Origin: an uncultured Dehalococcoidales bacterium
GTDB lineage: Bacteria > Chloroflexota > Dehalococcoidia > Dehalococcoidales > UBA2162
DNA length: 64,000 bases
Direction: 5' to 3'
Assembly (NCBI GenBank): GCA_964453525.1
Contig: CAYVOV010000009.1
Location: forward strand, 64,686 to 128,685
The notes beneath the pieces are model-generated. The model had not been told where the DNA came from and searched no databases. It worked only from the letters and a program-made list of their open reading frames with translations. How positions within the stretch are numbered: position 1 is the stretch's first letter; the number at the start of each line of letters is the position of its first letter. Positions 36,389 through 46,029 of this stretch are shown here, one piece after another. The position numbers and the translations under genes are program-made.

Positions 36389-37183
36389 GTGAAAATGAAA
36401 ATAATCGACCTTAATCCGGAGAATGAAAAGCTGTTTTTTGTCTGTCTTGAAGACTGGTCTGACGAGGCAAAAGAAGCCGGCGACCACCGGGAGAACTGGT
36501 ACAACAAAATGAAAGACAAGGGGCTGCGGGCTAAACTTGCCCTGGATGACAACGAGCAGGTCGGAGGAATGATACAGTACGTTCCCATAGAATACTCATT
36601 TGTAAACGGCGAAGACCTTTACTTTATAAACTGCATCTGGGTCCATGGATACAAAGAGGGGAGAGGGAATTTCCAGAAAAAGGGGATGGGAACAGCCTTA
36701 CTCCAGGCTGCCGAGGAAGATGCCAGAGAGCTGGGCGCAAAGGGGATAGCTGCCTGGGGAATACCGCTGCCGTTCTGGATGAAAGCGTCCTGGTTTAAAA
36801 AGCACGGCTATGAAAAAGTGGACAGCAAAGGATTTCTTGAAGAAGTCCTTCTCTGGAAACCCTTCACTGAGGATGCGAAACCTCCCGAATTAATCAGACA
36901 GAAGAAAAAACTGGAGCGCATTCCTGGCAAGGTGGCGATAACGGCCTTTCTCAGTGGCTGGTGCATGGCCCAGAACCTGGCTTTTGAAAGGACAAAGAGG
37001 GCCACCGCCAAGTATGGCAGTGACGTCGAATTTACAGAAATAGATACCTTCAACAGGGATAACCTGCGGGAGTGGGGAATTTCCGATGCCATTTTCATAG
37101 ACGGCAAGCAGTTGCGTACCGGGCCTCCACCCACCTATGAGAAGATAAGAAGAATCATTGCCGGAAGAGTGAAGAAACTGTAG
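36389..37183 (+). CDS. GNAT N-acetyltransferase with C-terminal thioredoxin/YoaP-like domain
   Basis: INCIWVHGYKEGRGNFQKKGMGTALL is the GNAT core. The C-terminal part is ITAFLSGWCMAQNL...FIDGKQL. Confidence 0.65.
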   Translation: MKMKIIDLNPENEKLFFVCLEDWSDEAKEAGDHRENWYNKMKDKGLRAKLALDDNEQVGGMIQYVPIEYSFVNGEDLYFINCIWVHGYKEGRGNFQKKGMGTALLQAAEEDARELGAKGIAAWGIPLPFWMKASWFKKHGYEKVDSKGFLEEVLLWKPFTEDAKPPELIRQKKKLERIPGKVAITAFLSGWCMAQNLAFERTKRATAKYGSDVEFTEIDTFNRDNLREWGISDAIFIDGKQLRTGPPPTYEKIRRIIAGRVKKL

Positions 37184-37207
37184 AATACCGGGTTTTACCG
37201 TAATACG

Positions 37208-37690
37208 GTGGTTGGGAAAGCGCGAGGTGCGGATGCCATGCCGAAAAAGAAGATAGAGGAAAGGGTTACTGGTCCGGATGGTCTGCGGCAGTGTCCCGGA
37301 TGTGGAAGATTTTTCGCCAGACAGAATCAGAGCCACTCCTGCACGGTGTATTCGGCTGATGACCATTTCAGGGGCAGACCTGAATATCTCAGGCAGACTT
37401 TTGATTATCTTTTACCCAGACTGAAGCTCTTCGGGCCGGTAAGGACTGATGCGGTGAAGTCTGCCATCAATATCAGCGGACATTATCATTTTATTATGCT
37501 GTACGTGCTTAAAAATGCCCTGAATATTGAGTTTGCCCGGGATAGAAAAATAGACAATGAACGCATTTTCAGGACGGAGAAACTTTCTGAATCTAGATAC
37601 ACTTACTATGTAAAAGTTTCCGGAAAAGCTGGTATAGATGACCAGCTGCTGGGCTGGCTGGAGGAATCTTACAACTTAACAGCTTCCTGA
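37208..37690 (+). CDS. hypothetical protein (N-terminal CxxC...HxC ribbon; DUF5655-like C-terminus)
   Basis: The ORF has CPGCGRFF...HSC. The likely true start is ATG 37238 (MPKKK). The family assignment is from memory only. Confidence 0.5.
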   Translation: MVGKARGADAMPKKKIEERVTGPDGLRQCPGCGRFFARQNQSHSCTVYSADDHFRGRPEYLRQTFDYLLPRLKLFGPVRTDAVKSAINISGHYHFIMLYVLKNALNIEFARDRKIDNERIFRTEKLSESRYTYYVKVSGKAGIDDQLLGWLEESYNLTAS

Positions 37691-37704
37691 AGTAGTTTAA
37701 AACC

Positions 37705-38397
37705 ATGAAAAGAATTACCGGAATAAAGGCTATTTCTTTTGACGGTGACGGCACTTTGTGGGACTTCGAAAAGGTTATGCGTCACTCGCTGGGTAAAGTG
37801 CTGGCAGAGCTGGAAAGATTGGTCCCGGATACAGCCAGAAAGCTCGATATGGAGAGAATGATAGAAATCAGAAACAAAGTCGCCGCTGAACTAAAGGGAA
37901 AGGTTGCCAATCTCGAGGCTGTTCGTCTTGAAGCTTTTAAACGGACTCTTGAAGATACCGCCAGGCCTGATGATACTCTGGCGGCACACCTTAATCAGCT
38001 ATATCTGAAACACCGTTTTGAGGATATCGAGCTTTATGAGGATGTCCTGCCTGTACTGCAAAAACTGCGGGAGAAATGTACGCTGGGACTGCTTTCCAAT
38101 GGCAACTCTTATCCGGAGCGCTGCGGCCTGGAAGGAATATTTGAGTTCGTCGTTTTTTCACAAGACTATGAGGTCGAGAAACCGGACCCATACCTGTTCC
38201 GGGTAGCAATTGAAAAGGCCGGTTGTTCGGAAGAACAGATGCTCCACGTCGGCGACTCCCTGCAGGATGATGTTATTGGTGCAAACAATGCCGGAATTCG
38301 TTCTGTCTGGCTCAACCGGGTGAGAGCCGGGAATACCTCCGGGATTCGGACGGACTATGAAATACAGTCGCTGGCGGAGTTGTTGGACATACTGTGA
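37705..38397 (+). CDS. HAD-IA family hydrolase
   Basis: ISFDGDGTLWD (DxDxT), LLSNG and VGDSLQDDVIGANNAG motifs. Confidence 0.88.
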   Translation: MKRITGIKAISFDGDGTLWDFEKVMRHSLGKVLAELERLVPDTARKLDMERMIEIRNKVAAELKGKVANLEAVRLEAFKRTLEDTARPDDTLAAHLNQLYLKHRFEDIELYEDVLPVLQKLREKCTLGLLSNGNSYPERCGLEGIFEFVVFSQDYEVEKPDPYLFRVAIEKAGCSEEQMLHVGDSLQDDVIGANNAGIRSVWLNRVRAGNTSGIRTDYEIQSLAELLDIL

Positions 38398-38488
38398 CGG
38401 GCAACAAATTTTACTCAAATCGCCACAGCATAATAATCAAATCGAAATAAACAATAATTAAAGGACAAAGACGGGGAAGTGATTTAAA

Positions 38489-39295
38489 GTGACATACAGT
38501 TTGTTCAAGAAAATGTTTAAAGGTGTTTCGCTTGGTACTGAAGACATCTACCTGCTGGAGTCTTTTCAAATTGATTACTTTCCGGGCTGGGTGCCGGAGC
38601 GTGAATTTGCCGCCGTCCTCTGGGCGTATCCTCCCATAAAAACCTTTCTTGAGAAGAAACATCCCCCGATTGCCGACTTCATCGAGCATGTCATGGCGGG
38701 GCACGGTCCGGTGAATAGTCAGCAGGAGCTGGCGGAGTGCAGCGATAAGCTTGTCTGGACTATTGCCGACCTGCTTGTCTACAACAAGTGCCCCGAAGTA
38801 TACGATACACTTGATTTTCACGGCTGGGATTTCAGGGAGGTTACCGACATTACACCCCTGGATAACAGGGTTGTTATCGACGGAGGCGCCGGTACGGGAA
38901 GAGTATCGCTTGAAGCTGCAAGGATGGCGAAACAGGTCTATGCCGTAGAACCGGTGACGCGGTTGAGGAGATTTATCCGGGAGAAGGCTTTAAAAGCCGG
39001 TCTGAGTAATATATTTGTCATGGATGGTTTCCTGCACGCTATCCCGCTGCCCGATGGGTTCGCCAATGTTCTTATCACGTCTCATGCTCTTGGCTGGCAG
39101 CTTGAAGATGAATTGAAGGAATTCGAGCGTGTAACCAAACAGGGCGGCTTCATTATCCACTGCCCGGGCACGGCCGATACGGCAGATGGAGAATACCAGC
39201 ATTCCCGTTTGACTTCATCCGACTGGCAGTATGAGTATTCAAGGTATGAGGAGACGGACGGCTGGAAAAGGAAGTACTGGAAACAGTTAAAGTAG
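38489..39295 (+). CDS. class I SAM-dependent methyltransferase
   Basis: VIDGGAGTGRVSLEAA (motif I). Confidence 0.8.
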   Translation: MTYSLFKKMFKGVSLGTEDIYLLESFQIDYFPGWVPEREFAAVLWAYPPIKTFLEKKHPPIADFIEHVMAGHGPVNSQQELAECSDKLVWTIADLLVYNKCPEVYDTLDFHGWDFREVTDITPLDNRVVIDGGAGTGRVSLEAARMAKQVYAVEPVTRLRRFIREKALKAGLSNIFVMDGFLHAIPLPDGFANVLITSHALGWQLEDELKEFERVTKQGGFIIHCPGTADTADGEYQHSRLTSSDWQYEYSRYEETDGWKRKYWKQLK

Positions 39296-39343
39296 TGCAT
39301 ATTTCGCAGAATACCGGAAACACTCATTTTAAGGAAAATTAAT

Positions 39344-40111
39344 ATGCCCGCGCCAAGGAACTATCAGACCGAAGCAATCATTATTAAAAAGACAAAGCTG
39401 GGAGAAGCGGACAGCATTCTCACTTTTTATACTCCCCATATGGGTAAAATCCAGGGCTTTGCTAAAAGCCTGCGGAAACCGAAAAGCAAGCTGGCAGGTC
39501 ATCTGGAACTGCTTACCCACAGTCTTGTCTCGCTGGCACGGGGGAGGAATATAGATACCATAACCGGCAGCCAGACCATCAGCAGCTTTCTGCTGCTGAA
39601 AAGCGACCTCGACCTCACCTCGCACGCTCTATACGCAGTCGAGCTCGTCAACCAGTTCACCGCCGAGCACGTTGAAAACTATAGTCTGTTTGAACTGCTG
39701 TTGAGGACGCTTGAGTACCTGAGCCAGTCGAATGATAAAGAACTCACCCTGCGCTATTTCGAACTGCACCTCCTTGACAGCGTCGGTTACCGTCCCCATC
39801 TTCAGCAATGCCTGCACTGCCGGGCAGCCCTGGAACCGGTCCAGAACTATTTCAGCCCTCCCGCCGGCGGTGTCCTCTGTCCCGATTGCGGCCGGAGCCA
39901 GCTTCTGACCTATTCCCTCCCGGTTAATGCTCTGAAGGTGCTGCGTCTGCTGCAGAGCAGCGACTATGATATTGTGGACAGGCTTAAGGTAAATCAGGAA
40001 CTATCCCGTGACCTGGAGGTGGTACTGAGGAACTATATACGTTATCTCCTGGAAAAGGAGGTAAAATCAGCCGCCTGGCTTGACGCATTAAGGGGGGAGA
40101 CCGGCAAGTAA
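39344..40111 (+). CDS. recO: DNA repair protein RecO
   Basis: N-terminal OB fold (TEAIIIKKTKLGEADSILTFYT) and a CxxC...CxxC zinc motif (CLHC...CPDC). Confidence 0.9.
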   Translation: MPAPRNYQTEAIIIKKTKLGEADSILTFYTPHMGKIQGFAKSLRKPKSKLAGHLELLTHSLVSLARGRNIDTITGSQTISSFLLLKSDLDLTSHALYAVELVNQFTAEHVENYSLFELLLRTLEYLSQSNDKELTLRYFELHLLDSVGYRPHLQQCLHCRAALEPVQNYFSPPAGGVLCPDCGRSQLLTYSLPVNALKVLRLLQSSDYDIVDRLKVNQELSRDLEVVLRNYIRYLLEKEVKSAAWLDALRGETGK

Positions 40112-40390
40112 TTCGTCCGGTCTTTTCGGGAACTCACCCATTTTAACGCTATATTGCTTATGGTGATAGCTTGTTGTTCGGGTGAGAAGGGAGAGATTTC
40201 TAGAGAGGAGGGCGAAGCTCCCTCTTTAGCTTCTTTGAGTGTGGTGGGCGGGAATAGATAATAGATAAAGGAAAAAAGAGAGCACTTCATTCAACCGGAG
40301 CCGAACATTACCCGACCAAAATAATCTTGACTACGCCTGTAAAGTGGCTTACGATAAGTTATCCGTTTTAGTAAGGAAGAGGAGTAGAAG

Positions 40391-40639
40391 ATGAGAAACA
40401 CAAGTTTAATGAATGGAGGCTTGATTGGATTCGGTCTGGGATTCATCGCCTCCAGCCTGACGCTGCAACGGCTTGTCAGTGATTACATTCCCAGCTATGC
40501 TGAGGTATGGTATTTAAAAGGAATAGCCATAATCGGGGGAATCGGCCTGGTTGTAGGGATTGTATTTGAAGTTTATGAAAGAATTAAGATGAGAAGAGAG
40601 AGTGAAGTAGAGGAAGAAGAGCCCGCAGAAGAAGCCTAG
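40391..40639 (+). CDS. hypothetical small membrane protein with acidic tail
   Basis: Two predicted TM helices and a C-terminal EVEEEEPAEEA tail. GGAG lies upstream. Confidence 0.5.
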   Translation: MRNTSLMNGGLIGFGLGFIASSLTLQRLVSDYIPSYAEVWYLKGIAIIGGIGLVVGIVFEVYERIKMRRESEVEEEEPAEEA

Positions 40640-40666
40640 CCAAATACTTATATAGCAGGTCTGAAT

Positions 40667-42160
40667 ATGCCATCGAGATTGGAAAATATTAACAGGCAGC
40701 GAAAACAGAAACTTGAGCGACTCCGCAAACGGGGAATAGAGCCCTATCCGAACCGTTACCAGCAAACCCATACTACCGAAGAGGCAATACTACAGCTTGA
40801 GGAGATGGAGACTGAAGGAACGGAGCAGTCCCGCCAGGAGTCGAAACTGGTCAGCGTTGCCGGACGGATTACGGCAATGAGGAAGATGGGCAAAAGCTCT
40901 TTCCTCGATGTGCGCGATAGCTCCGGCAAGATACAACTGCTGTTCAGGAACGGTGAGTTTAATGAAGCCGACCAGGAACTGTTCAAAGACCTTGATATCG
41001 GCGATATCATCGGAGTTAAAGGCGCTCTGCTGCGTACCAGGACCGGCGAGCCTACTATTGCCGTCGGTGAGTTCACCCTGCTGGCAAAATCGCTTCAACC
41101 GTTGCCGGAAAAGTGGCATGGCCTGAGCGATATCGATACTCGCTACCGGCAGCGATATATCGACCTTATCGCCAATAATGAAATAAAGGAAATTTTCATG
41201 GTGCGGAGCCGGATAATATCCGCAATGCGCCAGTTCCTTGACCAGCGCGGATTTATCGAGGTGGAGACTCCAGTGCTGCAGCCTTCCGCCGGAGGAGCCC
41301 TGGCGGCACCTTTCATTACCCACCATAACACGCTGGACCAGGACTTTTACATGCGTATCGCCCTGGAGCTTCACCATAAACGCCTTATCGTCGGCGGTAT
41401 GGATAAAGTCTATGAGATTGGTCACGTTTTCCGCAACGAAGGAATTTCCACCACTCATAACCCGGAGTACACCCTCCTTGAAAGCTATCAGGCTTATGCC
41501 GATTATACGGACGTCATGGAGATGACAGAAGAGATGATATATGAGGTCAGCCGGCAGATACTGGGTACTGCCAGGATTCACTATGGTGATGATATCATCG
41601 ACCTGACACCGCCGTGGAGACGCATTACCCTGCGTGATGCGGTGAAAGAATACGGTGGTATCGATTTTGTCTCCCATCCCACCGCCAGCGGTCTGCGGGA
41701 AAAAATGCGGTCACTCAATATTGAGGCTGAACCGGATAAAAACTGGGCCAAACTTGTTGACGAATTACTCAAGACCTGCGTCAGACCGAATCTGATTCAG
41801 CCCACCATTGTCTGTGATTACCCGGTCTCAATGTCTCCCCTGGCCAAGAACAAGCCCGGTGAGGAAAGAGTTGTGGAACGCTTTCAATGCTACGCCGGTG
41901 GACTGGAGCTCGGTAATGCCTATTCAGAATTAAATGACCCTATTCTCCAGAGAGAGCGCTTCGAAGAGCAGTTGAAGGAGCGTCAGACAGATGACGAGGA
42001 AAGGTGGACGATAGATGATGACTACCTGACGGCGCTTGAGTACGGAATGCCTCCCACCGGCGGACTCGGAATAGGCGTCGACCGCCTGGTTATGTTGCTC
42101 ACCAACCAGCAGTCAATCCGCGAAGTAATCCTCTTTCCCCAGCTAAGGGAAAAGGAATAA
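40667..42160 (+). CDS. lysS: lysine--tRNA ligase (class II)
   Basis: OB anticodon-binding domain plus class II motifs (FRNEG, GLGIGVDRLVM). Confidence 0.96.
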   Translation: MPSRLENINRQRKQKLERLRKRGIEPYPNRYQQTHTTEEAILQLEEMETEGTEQSRQESKLVSVAGRITAMRKMGKSSFLDVRDSSGKIQLLFRNGEFNEADQELFKDLDIGDIIGVKGALLRTRTGEPTIAVGEFTLLAKSLQPLPEKWHGLSDIDTRYRQRYIDLIANNEIKEIFMVRSRIISAMRQFLDQRGFIEVETPVLQPSAGGALAAPFITHHNTLDQDFYMRIALELHHKRLIVGGMDKVYEIGHVFRNEGISTTHNPEYTLLESYQAYADYTDVMEMTEEMIYEVSRQILGTARIHYGDDIIDLTPPWRRITLRDAVKEYGGIDFVSHPTASGLREKMRSLNIEAEPDKNWAKLVDELLKTCVRPNLIQPTIVCDYPVSMSPLAKNKPGEERVVERFQCYAGGLELGNAYSELNDPILQRERFEEQLKERQTDDEERWTIDDDYLTALEYGMPPTGGLGIGVDRLVMLLTNQQSIREVILFPQLREKE

Positions 42161-42182
42161 GTATTTAACTGGTACGTCTTAA

Positions 42183-42863
42183 ATGGAAATTTGTGTCTAC
42201 TGCGGAAAGCCTATTACTGAACTACCTTACCTTGACGGTGTGCCTTTACATGGCGCATGTATAGATGCGTGGATGGTTCAAGAAGAAGTGGATGGGATTA
42301 TTACATGGGCGCAGCTAGTAAATGAAGAGACAAAACAGATAGAAAAAGAGGAAAGGTTTACTAGAGACTTACTTGTGGGTAGTTTTTTTAAGAACCTTGC
42401 TGCGACCATTCTGTATAATGCGGGATATGAAGTTTATCCATTTGGATACGAGAGCTTTCTAGCGGGATTGAAAAGGCCACTTTACAACGTAGAATTGCGT
42501 CAAAGTAATGTAGCGGAACGAATTCGCTCCGCGCCTGACATGGTTGTACTTGATAGAGACCAGCATTCTTTGTTTTTAGTCGAAGTGAAATTTAGAGGTA
42601 GACTTTGGGATGATCGGGAGGCAGACATCTATATAAATTTATATAAAAAATATTGGAATGAATCAGTTATTTTTCTTATTTGTCCGAGAGGAAAAATATT
42701 TTATGCGCAATTTGTAAAGGAATTAAACCGGGTAGATAATAAATTTCCTGTTTCTGAAGACTTCTTACCTTTGGAGGAAGTCTTTACACGCATTTCATGG
42801 GAACATCCAGTTTCAAAAGGATTTTATTCAGGATTGGTAAAAGCTGTTTCAAAGAACCTATGA
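42183..42863 (+). CDS. hypothetical protein with N-terminal Cys/His cluster and PD-(D/E)xK nuclease-like core
   Basis: CVYCG...H..C. FFKNLAATILYNAGYEVY resembles the helix-1 pattern of restriction-endonuclease-fold proteins. APDMVVLD...LFLVEVKFR gives D...E-x-K. AT-rich (~32% G+C in a hand-counted line). Confidence 0.6.
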   Translation: MEICVYCGKPITELPYLDGVPLHGACIDAWMVQEEVDGIITWAQLVNEETKQIEKEERFTRDLLVGSFFKNLAATILYNAGYEVYPFGYESFLAGLKRPLYNVELRQSNVAERIRSAPDMVVLDRDQHSLFLVEVKFRGRLWDDREADIYINLYKKYWNESVIFLICPRGKIFYAQFVKELNRVDNKFPVSEDFLPLEEVFTRISWEHPVSKGFYSGLVKAVSKNL

Positions 42864-42901
42864 TTCTGTTTAAAATAATTACTTGAGATGTAGAGGGCGT
42901 T

Positions 42902-42982
42902 AAGAGGGACTTCGTCCCTCTTTAAAATCCTTCCCCTTCCCCTTTCTAAGGGGAAGGGGATTAAGGGGATGGGGTTAAAAAC
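42902..42982 (+). repeat. Rep-3 composite (UUCG-type hairpin + ccccttcccctttctaaggggaagggg hairpin)
   Basis: aagagggacttcgtccctctt followed by ccttccccttcccctttctaaggggaaggggattaaggggatggggtt. Confidence 0.8.
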
Positions 42983-42997
42983 CTAAAGTCAAAGAAA

Positions 42998-43552
42998 ATG
43001 GAAATCATAGACCTTCTTCCTGAAAATGCAATGGCTATCCACCAGACAGCGGTAATACTCGTGGATAGTTTTAAAGAGCACTGGCCTGATGCCTGGCCTG
43101 ACATCGAGTCTGCCAAAAGAGAGGTATGGCTGTCTTTTGCAGAAGGCAGAATCAGCCGGGTGGCGGTGGATGAGAGCGGTGCCGTTCTGGGGTGGATTGG
43201 TGGTATCAGCGAGTACCGGGGGAATGTCTGGGAGCTACATCCTCTGGTGGTGAGAGCGGATTGCAGAAGACAGGGAATCGGGCGCGCCCTGGTAGCTGAC
43301 CTGGAAGAGAGAGTCCGGGAGCGCGGCGGTCATACCATCAGAGTCGGCAGTGATGACCAGGACAATATGACGTCAATCGGTGGCATTGACCTCTATCCGG
43401 ATGTCCTGGGACATCTGGCGGGGATAGAAAATATCAATGGACACCCCTATGAGTTTTACGAGAAGCTCAGTTTTGTAATCGTGGGAGTGATACCCGATGC
43501 CAACGGGCCGGGGAAACCGGATATATTACTGGCGAAGCGGGTCAGTGTATAA
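42998..43552 (+). CDS. GNAT family N-acetyltransferase
   Basis: LVVRADCRRQGIGRALV is the acetyl-CoA motif. Confidence 0.85.
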   Translation: MEIIDLLPENAMAIHQTAVILVDSFKEHWPDAWPDIESAKREVWLSFAEGRISRVAVDESGAVLGWIGGISEYRGNVWELHPLVVRADCRRQGIGRALVADLEERVRERGGHTIRVGSDDQDNMTSIGGIDLYPDVLGHLAGIENINGHPYEFYEKLSFVIVGVIPDANGPGKPDILLAKRVSV

Positions 43553-43584
43553 TATAGCAATAGATAAAGTCCGGAGGGGAAACC

Positions 43585-44832
43585 ATGCTTGACATAAGAT
43601 TTATCCGTGAAAATACTGACCTGGTGCGGGAGGCAGTGAAGAACCGTCAGGATACCGCCCCGCTCGATGAGATACTGGAGCTTGATGGGAGTCGCCGCCA
43701 GAAAATAGTTGAGCTTGAAGAACTGCGTCACGAAAGGAAAGAAGCCGCAAAAGAGAGAAAAAAGGACAGAGAGTCGGCTGAAGAAGGGCGCGACCTGCGT
43801 AACATGATAAGGAGCCTTGAGGAAGAGGTCAGGGCTCTTGATAACCAGCTTACCGACCTTCTCCAGCAGGTACCCAATATCCCCCACTCTTCGGTGCCCG
43901 TCGGCAAAGATGAAAATAATAATGTAGTCGTACGCTCCTGGGGCAAGCCTCCGAAGTTCAATTTTAAGCCGGCACCGCACTGGGAGCTTGGTGAGAAGCT
44001 GGGGATAATCGATTTCGACCGCGGTGTAAAAATATCCGGCAGCCGTTTCTACGTGCTCAAAGGACTGGGAGCGCGCTTGCAGCGGGCGCTCATCGCCTTT
44101 ATGCTCGACCTCCATACCAGAGAGCATGGCTACACGGAAATCTACCCGCCATTCATGGTCAAGAGGGAGGTAATGGTCGGCTCTGGCCAGCTACCCAAGT
44201 TCATAGATAACCTTTACCATGATGAAGAGGATGACCTCTGGTTCGTGCCTACCGCCGAGGTGCCGGTAACAAATCTCCATCGTGATGAAATTCTGCCGCC
44301 GGGAATTTTACCGTTTTATTACATAGCCTATACGCCGTGTTTCCGCCGGGAAAAAATGTCGGCCGGTAAAGACACTCGCGGTATCAAGCGCGGCCACCAG
44401 TTCGATAAGGTGGAGATGTATAAATTCACCGAGCCGGAGAACTCCTATGAGGAGCTTCAGGAAATGGTGAAGGACGCCGAGCAGGTCTGCCAGAAGCTCG
44501 AAATTCCTTACCGTGTTGTAGATATCTGCACCGGTGACTTGGGTATTACCTCGGCGAAATCATATGATATCGATATGTGGGCGCCGGGCTGCGAGGAGTG
44601 GCTTGAGGTAAGCTCTTGCTCCAACTGCACCGATTTCCAGGCACGCCGGGCTAATATCCGCTACCGCCCCAGGCCCGATACCAGGCCGCAGTATGTCCAC
44701 ACCCTCAACGGCTCCGGACTCGCCCTGCCCAGGGTGATGATTGCCATCATGGAGAACTACCAGCAGGCCGATGGCACAATCCGCGTCCCCGAAGTCCTCC
44801 AGGACTTCGTCGGAGCGAAGGTGATTGGGTAG
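43585..44832 (+). CDS. serS: serine--tRNA ligase
   Basis: MLDIRFIREN, coiled-coil arm, class II motifs (FRRE, GSGLALPR). Confidence 0.96.
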   Translation: MLDIRFIRENTDLVREAVKNRQDTAPLDEILELDGSRRQKIVELEELRHERKEAAKERKKDRESAEEGRDLRNMIRSLEEEVRALDNQLTDLLQQVPNIPHSSVPVGKDENNNVVVRSWGKPPKFNFKPAPHWELGEKLGIIDFDRGVKISGSRFYVLKGLGARLQRALIAFMLDLHTREHGYTEIYPPFMVKREVMVGSGQLPKFIDNLYHDEEDDLWFVPTAEVPVTNLHRDEILPPGILPFYYIAYTPCFRREKMSAGKDTRGIKRGHQFDKVEMYKFTEPENSYEELQEMVKDAEQVCQKLEIPYRVVDICTGDLGITSAKSYDIDMWAPGCEEWLEVSSCSNCTDFQARRANIRYRPRPDTRPQYVHTLNGSGLALPRVMIAIMENYQQADGTIRVPEVLQDFVGAKVIG

Positions 44833-44897
44833 AGAATAATTACGAACCATTTGTTAAACTATTGGCTACCTAAACATTAATGCAAATAATCGGGGAG

Positions 44898-44930
44898 TTT
44901 AAGAGGGGCGCAAGTCCCTCTTAATTTTCA
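44898..44930 (+). terminator. terminator-like hairpin (Rep-3 core) after serS
   Basis: tttaagaggg-gcgcaagt-ccctcttaattttca. Confidence 0.45.
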
Positions 44931-44959
44931 TTAAGGTTTCATCCGATTCTTCTCAATCT

Positions 44960-45180
44960 TAATTGGAGACCCTTCGACAAGCTCAGGGTGAGCGGGAGTG
45001 AATGCCGCTCATGGTGAGCAGTTAGCCTGTCCTGAGCGAAGCCGAAGGAAACTATAGCGGCAAAAGAAATATAGATATTCATTGTTGCCTGTGCAACTAT
45101 GATTAAGTAAAAGGGTTCATCCTGAAGGCTTGACCTGAAGGGTGGTGGGTGGGAATAGATAATAATTGGGGGTGGGGTTG
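44960..45180. repeat. mixed hairpin repeats (Rep-2 unit and others)
   Basis: gagacccttcgacaagctcagggtgagcgg (44966-44995); ctgtcctgagcgaagccgaagg; ggtggtgggtgggaatagataata (also found near 40240). Confidence 0.7.
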
Positions 45181-45187
45181 GTAGACT

Positions 45188-45526
45188 TTAGTCCTTCCTT
45201 ACCGGCACCGGTACGGGTTCTGGTTTCTTCAACACTTCTTTAATAAGGTTTTTACCCACCCGGACAAGCCATTTCCAGTGAAGGACCACGTGCAGGACAA
45301 CCATCGCTACCAGGACTATCGCTACCCAGTCGTGAATATCAGTCCAGGTGTGCTTGGTGAGTCCCCAGTAAGTAAGCTGGCCGATACCGCCATAAAAGCG
45401 CCCGGTACCGTTTCCCCCTTCCGGGAAGCCCAGCCAGAGGACGAAGCCGGTTATTGCTTCAACCAGTCCGAGCAAACCCATTATAATAGCCAGAATCCAG
45501 TACTTTGCCGCTTTTGTCATTTTCAA
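45188..45526 (-). CDS. DUF4405-like membrane protein
   Basis: Three or four TM helices with conserved His residues (HTWTDIHDW...LHVVLHWKW). Confidence 0.6.
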   Translation of the reverse strand: MKMTKAAKYWILAIIMGLLGLVEAITGFVLWLGFPEGGNGTGRFYGGIGQLTYWGLTKHTWTDIHDWVAIVLVAMVVLHVVLHWKWLVRVGKNLIKEVLKKPEPVPVPVRKD

Positions 45527-45645
45527 ATCTCCTTTGAGAATAAGTAATGTGGTTCAGTTCCTATTATTTATAACGTGAATTATCGCAAAAAGTTGCCGGT
45601 ATATTGTATTTTCTAGTACTGTTTGTGTGTGGTTGATATTTTTTG

Positions 45646-45856
45646 CCTCACCCCTTGCCCCTCTCCAGCCAGAACCACTGAAATGAAAGAAATGTTCAAT
45701 TTGGCTGGAGAGGGGTGTAAAAGAGAGAGGGGGCGGAGCCCCCTCTCAATAATCTCTCACCCCCTCTCAAACGGGCGAATAATCACTTATAAATCAGGGG
45801 GCTGTTTGAGAGGGGGACCAAGGGGGTGAGCACTTTATTCAACCAAAACCAAACAG
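45646..45856 (+). repeat. Rep-4 composite repeat (long copy)
   Basis: cctcaccccttgcccctctccagcc...ggctggagagggg...gggggcggagccccc...gggggtgagcactttattcaaccaaaaccaaacag. Confidence 0.8.
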
Positions 45857-45874
45857 AACTAATAAATTCCTTAC

Positions 45875-45903
45875 TTGACACAGGGCGTAAATGTGAATAC
45901 TAT
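45875..45903 (+). promoter_or_regulatory. sigma70-like promoter candidate for the FAD/Fe-S cluster
   Basis: TTGACA-N17-TACTAT. This leaves a ~120-nt leader before ATG 46030. Confidence 0.4.
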
Positions 45904-46029
45904 CCTGTAAAAAAGAAATCGGGATGGGCCCGGGAAGCACCGTCCATTAAGAAAACTCCGGGCTGATAGTACGGTTGAGTTCTCCCGGATAGAGCTGTTA
46001 AATCTGTTTAAAGTGAAAGGGGGGCAGGA

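Noticed and set aside
40790-41677. Long antisense ORFs: 295 aa opposite lysS, 274 aa at 47690..48514, 204 aa at 6164..6778, 185 aa at 33179..33736, 223 aa at 43456..44127.
   Set aside because: They lie fully inside, and antisense to, confidently identified conserved genes. Their composition is Arg/Ser/Pro-rich 'shadow ORF' type with no recognisable motifs.
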